NCBI GenBank assembly: GCA_000708835.1
Contig: DF237427.1
Coordinates: 4,654-68,653 of the forward strand
Direction: 5' to 3'
DNA length: 64,000 bases
DNA from: Klebsormidium nitens
Taxonomy: Eukaryota; Plantae; Klebsormidiophyceae
The notes under the pieces are model-generated. The model had not been told where the DNA came from, ran no database searches, and worked only from the letters and a program-made list of their open reading frames with translations. Positions within the stretch are counted from its first letter, which is position 1; each line of letters opens with the position of its first letter. This document shows positions 24,201 to 36,200 of this stretch, one piece after another. The translations under genes were made by a program, and so were the position numbers.

Positions 24201-27200
24201 TGCTTTGGCCCTCTCGTCCTTGAGCGAGCGCTCCCGCGCCTCTAGTTGCTCGCGCGCTTCCTGCAGACGCGCCTCGTCCGCACGTGCGGCATCCATGCGC
24301 GACGATGCTTCGGCCATCTGCAGAACAGAAAGCACCTGTTAGCCAAGCTTGTCTCGATCCTGTTAGAAGATGTACTGCATGCATACGCGACGATGCTTCT
24401 GCCATCTGCTGAAACAGGGCTGCATTATTCAAATCTTCCATCCATCATAAAGCGGTATCTTGGAATGTTTATTGGACAAAAGTAACTCGCCCGATTTCAG
24501 GCACACCAGCGTCTATTAGGGAGGGAGGTTTCACCGTACGGGGAATGATCTTTACATTTGAGTCATACTTCGCGTGCATTTCTCAAGTGAAGCCCGTTGC
24601 GAAAGCCACACCTCGTTACAAGCATTTTAGGGGGCCATATGCAAGGTCACCCATATACCAAATGCATCAGAGAAGGTGCCATTCTTATAGAGCTGTCTTG
24701 ACCTTTCAACCTGTCACTGAAATGGGGTTCAGTCTCAATCTTTCTAACGCGCAAACACTAAAAGTTTCTCACCATCGATTTTGCGGCCGCCACCTGTTTG
24801 TTCCGCTTCTCTTCTTGCTCCTTCCACTCCCTTCTCTCCTTCAGTGCGTCATCCTGTTCATTTCGCGCGTCATCTAACCGCTTCTTGAGCTCCTCCTGTT
24901 GCGCCGCCACAGCTCTCTCTCGCCCAACCAGTGCGGCCTCTCTGCAAAGAGCCGAAATCCCGTTCAGACATTCCGTTGAGCTTACGGTTTCATTTTGTTC
25001 AGCCGCTTCTTCGGATCCTCCTGTTGCGTCGCCACCGCTCGCTCTTGCCCAAATAGTGCGGCCTCTCTGCAGGGCACCGGATATGGATTCAGCGTACTGG
25101 CAAGTCAACCCCGAAATCTTTACCGGTATCGTAAGCATGAGGACAGCTGCCGTTTCTTCAGCTCTTCCTGTTGAGCTGCCGCCGCTCTCTCGCGTCCCAC
25201 CAGTGCAGCCTCACTGCAAAGAGCCAGGATCCCGTTTCAGACATTCCGTTGATCTTCCGTTTCCGTTGCAGAGATAGAAGTCTGTCCAGCGGCTTCTTCA
25301 GCCCCTCCTGTTGCGCCGCCACAGCTCGCTCTCGCCCCACCAGTGCGGCCTCTCTGCACAGAACCAGAATTCAAGACAGACGTTCGGTTGACCTTCCGGT
25401 TCCATTTTGAACTAGAAGTCTGTGCAGCCGTTTCTCCAGCTTCTTCTGTTGCGCTGCCACAGCTGGCTCTCACCCCACCAGTCCGGCTCTCTGCAGTGAA
25501 CCAGAGTATGTTCCGCTGATGTTCCGTTCCCCTGGCGTTCAGTCAGCTGCAGTTTCGTTTAAATGGGACGTTACAATATAAGAGAGATAATGCATCAATC
25601 ACCCCTGTTGCACCGGCCCGGCCCGCTCTCGTCCCAGCAGCGCAGCTTGTGAAAAGTCCGGGCATGATGTGCAGGAAACTACGTTCAGAACAGCCTGACT
25701 CTCCTAAAAATCCAGTCATGAATGTCTCAGCTCTTCTCAAAGTGTGTGCCTGTTTTACGGACTTCAGGATGCAGATACCGATCAGGGACACCCGCAAGCT
25801 CCTTTCTGTCGCCCTAGCAAAGTCCTCAACCTGAAACGTGTCGCCTCTACGCCCGTGCTCGGAGCTGCAACGAGTGCCCCACACCAGAAAGTTCTTTCAC
25901 TTAAGAGAAGGTTGCAGGTCTGCTACCGGACAATTTGACGAACTAAGCGGCTGGCCTGCACCACAATCAGACCGAGATTAAAACCAAGCTAAGACCAGGC
26001 AGAAACTACGGTCCCAGGACCTTTTTCTGGGCAGATTCGCACCCCAAAGGTCACCATTCTCTCACTTACGGCTCCACTAGCGCAGGCGATCTCTCACCTC
26101 ACGCCCAGCACGCGCTTCGCTTCCTCGATCTGCTGCATCGCGCGCTTCGCCTTCTCTCCCTCCGCCTCCAGCCCCCTCTCCTTTTCTCCCACCCCTAGTT
26201 CGCGCGCCACCACCTTTTCGTGCATCTTCTCCAAGGCCCTGTCCCGATCGTCCAACGTCTTTTTCCGCGCCTCTAGTTCTGTCTCTTTCTCCCGCGCTCT
26301 TTCCAACAGGGCCTCCGCCTCTTCCGCTTGGCGCGTGAGCTCCTCCGACCGCTTGTTCTGCGCCTCACGCAGTTTCTGCAGCGCTTTTTCCTCCCGCTCT
26401 AGTTTCTGGGCGTGCTGGAGTGCCGCGGTCTCGGCGGCGGCAGTGGATTTTTGAAGCGTCTCAATGCGCTCCATAAGCATCGCGCGGTCGATGTCCAGCT
26501 GCGCGTGGCGGGCCGAGACGCGCGCTTCACTAGCCTGCAGAAACAAAGGTCGATGTCAGGTTCTGATTGCCCCGATAATCCTTGACAAAGTGCTCTCAAG
26601 ATGTACCTCTCAATTGACACTCGAGAAGAGGTAAGAGGCAGGTCAACTTTGGCGATATGAGGCGCTCTATGAGGATTGCGCGGTCAATGTTGAGCGTGGC
26701 GGCGGAGACGCGCCTTCGCTAGCCTGCAGATGAGAGTGGTGTTCCTTTAGGGTTTTGTCCTTCGCAAAACTAACCTACACCTCGTTTTAAACAGGCCCTC
26801 TCTTTCTACAAGCCGTAAGATGGTACAGTGTCAGCCGTTTCTGCGCTTCCGAAACGCGTCGTGAGCATATGTAAGGTCGAGGAAAGCATATGCCAGAACG
26901 CCTTTTGTACATACCTGGACAGAAGACGGTCGTAAGTAGGTCTATTACTTCCTTGTACCCTTTTCTGAGCACCTCTCTCCTCCTTCCGAAGAAGCAGAAA
27001 CAACGGAGCAAAGGAGGGTGTTTTTCACCCACCTTCAAGGCCTCGTTCCGCGCCTCTAGGTCGTCTTCCGCCGCGGCCAGCTTCCGTTCCTTGTCGGCCA
27101 CTTCCGTTTCCCGCAGCTCGAGCGCCGCGCGCGCACCCTCTACCATCTCCTTCGCGCGCCGCTCGCGTTGGCCAGCTTCTTCTTCTCGTCGCTCTAGAGC

Positions 27201-30200
27201 CAGCTCGTGTTCTGCTGCTTCCTGTAGAGAGACGGAAGGGGTAAACGTCGTGAGATGAGAACGAATGACGTAAGAAACGTGACAGATTGCAGTCTCTGAG
27301 TAGGAATCAGCATTTCAAGAAATATCCAATCGCTGCTTCATCTCCTTTGCGCGCCGCCGGCCTCCTCTTTTTTGCGCCGCTCTAAAGCTAGCTCGTGTTC
27401 TGCCGCTTCCTGTAGGGCGGAAACACGACAGAGTTTAGGACAGATGCAAGCGATTATATCGAAGGTCCAGTTTGAGCAGCTCTTAAGCGCCACTCGCGCA
27501 CTCTCCCCCATCTCTTTCCGGCGCTGGCTCGCGCCGCCCCGCCTCTTCTTTGCAGTACTCCAGCACTAGCTCGTATTCCATCCCTTCCATAGGGCGGAAA
27601 GTCTTAGGGACGTGCAGACAGAACGATGTACAAAGCGAGGACAGACTGCAGAATAATTGGACACTAAAAGAGGGCCAGGTCTGAGCTATCTTGAGCGCCG
27701 CTGGCCACACCTAGTCTCCCCTCTACTCCGCACACTCCACCACCTAAATCACGCCGTCCCTCTTGTTGTTACCGCGTCGTACTGTTTGTCGGAAACCTGA
27801 AAAGTGAGTCCTTCACTGAAACGAAGAGGAGCAGACTTCGGCACGCCATGTTCAAGAGGCGGCTCATCGTCTCTTCTCTTTCCGCGCACTCCGCGCCTTT
27901 GCTCGCGACGTCTCGCTCCCAGTTCGTTGTCGCCTCATGCTTTCGTGAGGGACCCAGAAAGAGGTACCCAGAAACTTCGTCGAAGAAATGTAAAGAGCAC
28001 CCTACCTTCAAGTGACGACTCATCGTCTCCTCTCTTTCCGCACACTCCGCCTCTCGGTTTGCGACGTCTCGTTCCCGCTTCGTGATCGCCTCGACGGTCT
28101 CCCGGCACTCTCGCGCGGCAGCTTCCGTCTCCTGACGTTGCATGTCCATTTCGCTGACGGCAGCCTCCATCGCCGTAAACCGCTCCGTTAAGGCGGTCTG
28201 GGCTGCGGCGATCTCACGTCGTTGTTCCTCCTGATTGAGAGTCAACAGAAACAGGGTTAAGAATTTTGGACACGCGCGGAAATATCACGTCTCGTATTTC
28301 GACGATATCACGGTTTTCTTGACGTTGCATGTCCATGTCACTGACGGTTGCCTCCATCGCTGAAAACCGCTCCTTCAAGCCGCTCTCAGCTGCGGCGATC
28401 TCGCGCCTCTGCTCCTTCCGATGAAGAGTAGACCAGAAACAGACTCAATAAGAGCGACTCGCGTCGCCACGTGAAGTCTCAGATTGTGAAACATGTCTAA
28501 GGCTGACGAAATCGATCTGTCGCTGACGGCAGCCGCAATTGCCGTAGACCGCTCCGGTCAGGGCGGTATTGGCTGTGGCAATCTAGTCGTTGCTACTTCT
28601 GTGAAGAGATACATTTGCGAGTTTGCAAAGGCAGCTCTATGGATCAACCAGAACTTGAGAATGTGGAAGTTCTCAATCTGCCGCAAGTTCGATTCGATGC
28701 AACCTGCTTCTGGCCTGTGTGCATCCAGCAATATTCCAACTTCGACCGTGATAGAGCTAAAAGGAGGACCGGAAAATCAACGTATCAGAAAAGAACACTA
28801 GGACTCTTTTTCTGTTTTTTTTACACACACAAGAACCAAAATGAACATTAGGATGCCCCACCAGCTTCTTGGCTTCCAGGGCGAGGCTGTCCCGCTGCGC
28901 CGCGACATGCTTGTATCGCTCTTTAACGTCTTCTTCTCTTTTACGCAGCAGCTTCTCGTTTTCCTCCTCTTGCCGCTGCACGTTCCGGATCATCAGCTCC
29001 ATCTCTTTTCGCCGCTCCTCCAATCTGAAAGCAGACGAGAAACAGTCGCGTCAATGGTGCTATGCCGTTATGTTCAGCAGTCGTTCGTAGCCCTCCCTCG
29101 CATCATTTGAAAGCGCAAAACCGGAGCCTTCTCATGATCTGCTCTATTGTCCGTTGTTTCGCCCCTTCTCCAATGGCGTTCTTCCTTCGTGCCCGCTTTC
29201 GGCGCCTCCAAAGCGAAACGCCTCCGATCTACGTGAATGCGAGAATCAAGAACTGAGTACCGATACAAACACTTCAATTCTCACCTGATTTTAAATCTTT
29301 CCTTCTGCCCCGACCCCTCCTTTCCGTCCCACTCCACGCCTATAACTCTTTGCGATGCAGAAAGCTCACCCTAATTCTAGGGTGTCAGAGCAAAAAGCCT
29401 AAAAGGTCAGGTCCTCAAACGTTTCAAACCTTAGCTGTCTCGGCCCTTTCTTTCTGCCTTGCCCTTCCTTTCTTTTACTTTCCACGCCCTCCATCTCGAC
29501 CTTCGCCGCCTCCTCCAATCCCGACACCCAAACCCCCGTCACACAACTAAACCAAACCAAACCGAACCAGACCAAACCAAACCAAACCAAACCTCGTTCG
29601 AAGTTTCAGAAGCCTCCCATGCTTACCTCGTTTCCGCCCTTTCTTTCTGTTCCCGCCCTTCCTTCCTCTCCCGTTCCACTCCCTCCATCTCGACCTTTGC
29701 CGCCTCCTCCAACCGTCTCGCGCTCTTCTCCTTCTCGCTCGCCTCCATCAAGAGCGCGCGCGCGCGCGCGGCCTCAGCATGCGCGCGCTCGGCGTCGGCG
29801 CGCGCGCGCTCCTCCTCGCTCTGGAGGCGCTCCTCCCGGCGGCTCACGGCGATCTCGCGCGCGCTCAGGCTGGCCTGGCGGTCCTTGAGCTCGCGCACAG
29901 CAGCGTCCAAATCCTGTAAATCAGGAGATTGGTTGTCAATCACTCACTTCTCTTTCGTTTATCGTTGGGTTTTTCAGATGGTTGAGGTTTTCCGAGAAAC
30001 GCTGACAGGCCGTCACAACATGGGGTGGTTGGTTTGCCGTACTTCAAGCTTGGGCTCTGCTGCATTGACATCGGCGAGTTGGAGTAGATTCATTGCATTC
30101 CGACATCCTATCCAACCGGAAAGACCTTAAGAGACCAAACGGGATTTTGGGCTCCATAACCTTCAAACGAAGTACCGCTCGCCACGCGTCTTGAGTGCAA

Positions 30201-33200
30201 TATCTCATCGGCCGTCTTTTATGTGAAACCTTTTCCGCTGAATATAGGGCAGCCAGCTTTGGAGTGACCTCAGCACACTTCTCAGGCCTGCTCAGCCCTG
30301 AAGTTTGGAAGGAGACTACAACCCATTCTCACCCACCTCTCGTCTAGAGTGCAGTTCTTCCTCCAGCGCCTCTTTCTCCTCCACCAATTTGCGCTCGACC
30401 TCCGCCAGCCGCCCCTCCTGTGACGTCAGCCGCTCCTCTCGCCGTCGCGCGCGCTTCTCCGCGATCTCAAACTGCTCTTGCGCGGCCTCAAATTGACGCG
30501 CTTGCTCGTCGAACTGCGCCGCTTTGACGTCCATGGCGCGAGTAGCGGCTTTTGCTGCGGCCTCCATTTCTTCCAACTGCAAGACAGAGAAGCAATAGAC
30601 GTTGCACGGCATTGGTCGGCGAACCAAAATATGCTGGAGTGAGGAAGTCTTGAGTCGTCGAGCAGACCACGCATCCTCAAACTGACGCAGTTGATCTTGG
30701 AAACGGGCGCTTTGATTTTTAGAGTGCGGGTGGTTGCTACGCCGCGGCCTCGATCTTGAGTAAGAAGATTGGAAAAGAAGCGATCCCGTGATGAAGTTTC
30801 TCCATCAGGGAGAACGTGAGCAGCATTCAGTTGACAGTGTTAGGTCGCAAACCGTGCGGATGACATGGAAGCTTCTCGGAATTCACTTGGATGCAGGATT
30901 CGTCGAGGCATAACACATCGAAGGTCAGGACGCGCAGTCCCGATTTCGGGCTTGCTTCAACTTTACCTCCGCTTGGGGCGGCTTGGCCATGGTCGCGCAT
31001 CGCTTTCAGGAATGCAGAACCGTGACGGCGATTTGCAGCGCCGTTTGCAGGCAAAGCCCTCGAATTCGAATCACAGATTCACAGAGCACGAAAAAAATGG
31101 AAAAAGTGGAATACACACATGAAAGTGGTCAAGGAACACTACCTTCTTCAGCTTGCTCTTTTCCTCTTCCAAAGCCTCCCCCTCTCTCCGCAGCTCCTTC
31201 TTCGCGTCTTTCAGCGCCAATTTCTCCCGCTCTAGTTCCTCCTTCCCCTGCGCGATTTCCTCCTCGTGCACCGCCAAAAACTGCGCCGTCTTTTCCGCTC
31301 TGCTGACGCGCGCGCTCAGCTGGCCCTCGCGCGTGCTGAGCTCAGCGGCCTTCTCCTCGAGGGCCACAGAGCGCTCCGCCAAATTCCGTTCCGTTGCAGC
31401 CTTGGCCGCGACTGCAGGGGGCGGAGAAAGGGTTCAACACCTGCCCAAGAATCAGACTCTAAAAGAATGTAATATGCGATGCTCCTATGATCCTGGAGCA
31501 GCTCGGCGAGCGTTTTCCTCAAGCGTTCCGCCTGCTTCGTTTCCGATCCAGCCTTATTCGCGACCGCAGGGGGCAGAATGGGAATCCAACAACGCCCCAC
31601 AAAATATAAGGCTTGTGCTCAGCATAGAGCTAGATTTTGCGGTCGTGAAGCAGCACAAGGCAATCCGATCCTGAAGCAAGTTTTCTCACCCCACTTTCGT
31701 TGCGCCGCCCCATGCTCTTCTTGCGCCTCAGCCAATGCCGCCTTCAGTCCTTCTAGCGCCTTTTGAGACGCTTGCACAGCGGCTTCGCGCCCCTCTAGTC
31801 CTTCCAGTTCAGCTGCCCGAGTCTTGACCTCGCTCGCCTGCACAGAAACGCTGCGTGTCCGAAACCATAGAGTAGTATTGTTTCTCGGAGAAAACGTACT
31901 GTGGAAAAAGGACAAAACGAGTGCAGATAGCCGTAAAATGACATTTGAGACGCCTGCACGGGTGTCTCGCGCGCTTCCAGACCCTCCAACTTGGCAGCTT
32001 GGGTCCTGGCTTCGTCCATCTGCGAGCAGTCGCCTACGTTTCAGCCACGACGCACTCGGACTGGCCAAGATCATTAAGTCGTAAAGTGATCAGCTTCACT
32101 AATGACCAGCAGAAGCATCACAAGCACCCTTTGCCACCCGTCCTCATCGCATCCGATAGTAGAGCAGTCTGCAGAAGCAAAGCACGTCAAAATGTTGTTC
32201 TACAGCCCTGTCTCAGTCCGCGTTTGGCAGATTTGTCGGAATTTTCGCACTGTATCTTCCTTTCCGACGTAAGTAGAAAACTAATCTCGGAACTGATTAC
32301 TGAACAACACACGTGGCGAAGTTGAAAAAAAGCAGCAAGCCCCACAAGCACCAGGACGTCTCAGAAGTACGGCGGAAAGCCTGGCAATCAGAAGCCCCTT
32401 TCTGCTTCTCCCTATCTTCTGTTCATCATTAAACGCTAAGCCGGGCAAGAGCAAAACATTGCTGTGGCCGTCAAAGTTTGGATTGCAGTCTGCACAAGAA
32501 TAGTCGGAAGAATGACTCCCAACAACAAAGTTTTCAGAACGGGCAATCCCAACAGCAGAACGGTAGGAACAATGTCCTACAAACTGACACCTCGAAACTC
32601 TGTTCGTCCTCACCAGCTGCCTCAAGCGCTTCTCTTCGGTAGCCATCTTCTCCTCTTGTTCTCGAAGCCCTTCTTCCGCTTCCTCGATCGTCTTCTGTTT
32701 CTCCGCAAGAGCTTCCTCCTTGGCAGCTAACGTTTCTTCCAGCGCCGTGGCTCGTTTCTCGCACGCAGCAAGGGCCTGAACAGTGAAGACCAGAATTTCA
32801 GCTCTTTCGACTTGAACTTCGATGAAGCGCACTAGCGCTCGCAGAGAGGTGAGTCCCTCAAGAGAAGGCTAGCGGTTATCTTGCCTAACGCTTCTCGGAT
32901 GGACAGCAGTCTCAGAAGAGTCTAAACGACGACATGATGCCTCCCCGTCTTGAGTGACTTCTTCATAAGCTTGCCATCGTTCCCAAGCCGAGACCGGATG
33001 CACTTTGTCCTATCAGGGTGACAATTGACTTGTTCCACTCTCGTGCTTAATCAAAGCATCTCTTCTACAGGAAACGTTTTGCCATTACGGCTGTGACAAT
33101 CAAACATCTCGTTTCCTTGCGACAGCCTTCTCTTGTTATTACCCCTTGTATATACACTCCTTATCTCGACAAATTCTTGCAACAAGCGGTCTTGTTTCGA

Positions 33201-36200
33201 CAAATCCTTATGACCCAAAGTGGGTTTTAAAGGAAGGACGGGCCAGCCGGTAAGCTTGATTCTCACCTCCTGTTTTGCGGTTAGCGTCTTATCCCACTGG
33301 GTTAGTCGTTGCGTGTCGTTTGCAATGCGGTCGCGCTCTGCAGTCACCTCTCTCTGCCGTACGGAAACCTCCTCGGACGACGCTCGGACACGTGCTTCGT
33401 GGTCCGACACCGACTGCAAAATCGTACATACATTATCAATCATCCGGCATTTCACAAGGTGGCAGTATGTATAGTATGACAGTCTAGCAGTCATCATCTT
33501 GCTTTGCGGGGCAGGAGACGGGCACTTGACATAAGTTCGCGCTCTGCGCTGAGCTCTCTTTGTCATACGGAGACTTTTTCGGACGACGCTCGGACACGTG
33601 CTTCGTGGTCCAAACCGACTGCCAAAGGGAACACGATTTTGTCCGGACTTTTCAGCAACCCTGGCGATCTGAGACTCGAGAGTCATTTAACGATGACTTT
33701 GCTTTGCAGGACTGTGCTTTGGTGTTCAAGAATGGATTGCGCGATCGACCAGAGATTGTCTGGACTATGCAAGATTCCTATCTGGCAGGCAATGGAGATA
33801 TTTTGAGGGTTTCTGCTTTGCAGGGCAGAAGACCTTTCGACCGTCTCCTTGCCGGTTGCTGAGATGCTGAGACGAATTTGCAGCCTTCTCGCATTTAGTA
33901 CAAAGAACGGATTTAGAACAGGGCGGAACGAGACGGCTTTGACTCGAACGAGTCAGTTTGCGGTGCGCTGGTTCGGACAAGGCAAGAAGCCCCTCAAGGC
34001 ATGGTTCCGACGAATTTAAGCTTGGAAGAGCATTTGTAACAGGAAGATGAAGCGAAACTCCTCATATTGGATAAGCGACGTTCCATTGAATCAAAGAGTC
34101 CTCGTTCAGCGAAACAAATGCTGAGAATCAAGGGGAAAGGTGAACTGTGGGACGCTCGCGTGCAACTCGTCACGATCTTCCTGCAAGCTGCAGCAGTCAT
34201 CTCAAACAAAGACATGCTTCTAGAGTCTGTCTTCCTTTAAGAGGAAGTGGGGATGGAAGCGAAAGCGCAATTTGAGCGGAACCGAGTACGGAAGCGGAAG
34301 CGGAACAGGAACAGGAAATAAACCGGAACTCACCGCCGCAATCGCGTCCCTCCGCCTCGCCTCCCCGCTGAGCAGTCTCAAGAACTGAAGCCGTGAAACG
34401 GAAGCAGTGGAAGCAATAGAGAAACATCAGCGGAAGCGGCCCCGAAACCGGAAACGGAACCGGAAACGGAACCGGAACTTACCGCCGCAATCGCGTCCCT
34501 CCGCCTCGCCTCCTCGCTGAGCAGCTTCGCCCACCGCTGCAGCGCCTCCTCCCGCCGGACCAGCTCAGCGGCCGCCACGTGGCGCCCAACCAGAGCCTGC
34601 CACGTGTCGTCCCCTCCTTTCTCCGCCTCTCCCTTTCCGACTTCCGCGAAGAGGGGCTCGGCGGAGTAGCCCAGGTCTTCCAGCCGTAACGGAACGTGGC
34701 CTTTTCGACCCGGCGGCAAGTGGGAACCATATCCGTCTTTGATCTGACCTCGCTCTAGTTCCCACGCCTTTCTGCTTCCTTGGCCCTCTGATTCCTGAGA
34801 ATGGACAACCATCTTTGCCGCATTCGGAACGGCTCCGTCAGCACCATCGTGCCTTTCTTCTCCGCTCGGCATCCGGTTTTGAGCTTCGCCCCACCGGGCC
34901 GATTTTGCCGCTTGTCGACCTTGGCCATTGGGATTCAGTGTTTCTTGAGATTGAGCGCCGCGTGTTTTTTGAGATTGTGCGTCGCTCAAAGATTCTAGAT
35001 TCCGATACTCTCCCCACGCCGCGTCGCTTGAGGGTTCAGGGTTTTGGGCTCCGACCCACCGCTCCCCGGTTTGCGACTCGCGCCTCGCAAGCGCGCCCAA
35101 CGCTTCCTTCACAACAACCGCTGCTTTCTCGATCTCGGCCCTTTCTTTCGTCGCCTTCTCCGCGTCTCTCCTGGCGTCGTTTCTCAGCCGTTCGATTACC
35201 TGGCGCTCGGCGGAGACCTCGTTTCTCTCGCGCGCTAGTTGCGCCTCCTTGGCTTCGAGTTCGGAAGTCCGGGCTTCGGCGGAGGTGTGAACGCGCCGTG
35301 CCCGCTCCTCCTGTTCTCTTGCTAATTTGGCAGCGCTGCTGGCCTGAAAGGGCAGCAGAACGAAGCTTGTGAACAAGAAGACCTTCTGCTGACTGTCAAA
35401 CCTGCAAAAACGAAACGTTCAGACGAGCACCGCTCTTCATTCCTCTAGTTCAAGTTGCCGTGATGCCAAATAGAAAATGCAGCGCAGGTGCTGGACTGGG
35501 GCGAAATTGGCGACGAATCATTGGGACCATAATCCGCTAGCTCGACTTCGACCACCTTCCCGCTGCACTGTTTCAAAAGCCATTTCTCCTTACCGAGCAA
35601 ACTCGCTAATGATAGGTTAAAGCGGACTTTGCACTCTTTATTGACGGTCGCACTTCCTGCCATTCGTTCAACGCAGCCTGGCGGCCTGGTAAGCCAGTTT
35701 CGCAGAGCTCTGGACTCGAACCTCAGAATTTCATAGTTGTCTGCCGCCATTGGTCGATGTCTTTGCTTACTTCGAAGCCCAAGCAGTAAGTTCACGAAAC
35801 CCGAGACACAAGCTCCCACAGACTACAGCTCTTTGCGTCAAACTTATCTTCAAGTGCCTGGAGCATGGTCCTCCATCTTGGAGTCCAATCAAATTGGAAA
35901 GATATGCGACAACTCGAGATGCGTAGCAATACAAAAAAGATCATACGTGTTGATAGAAGGATGAAACAGACAGCGGTAGTGCGGACAAATTGAATCAACC
36001 CACCTGCGCTGCCTCCTCCTTGGCCGCACGTTCCCGCTCCCCCACAACCCTCTCCGCCTCCCGCACCCTCTCCTCTCTAGTTTCCACCTCGCGCTCTCGT
36101 TTCTCTGCGCGCTTGCGCGCCTCCTCCAAGGCGCGCGCGCGCTCCTCCGCTTCGACCGCCGCGATCCTTACCGCTTCTTTTTCTTTCGCAAGCTCTTCTC

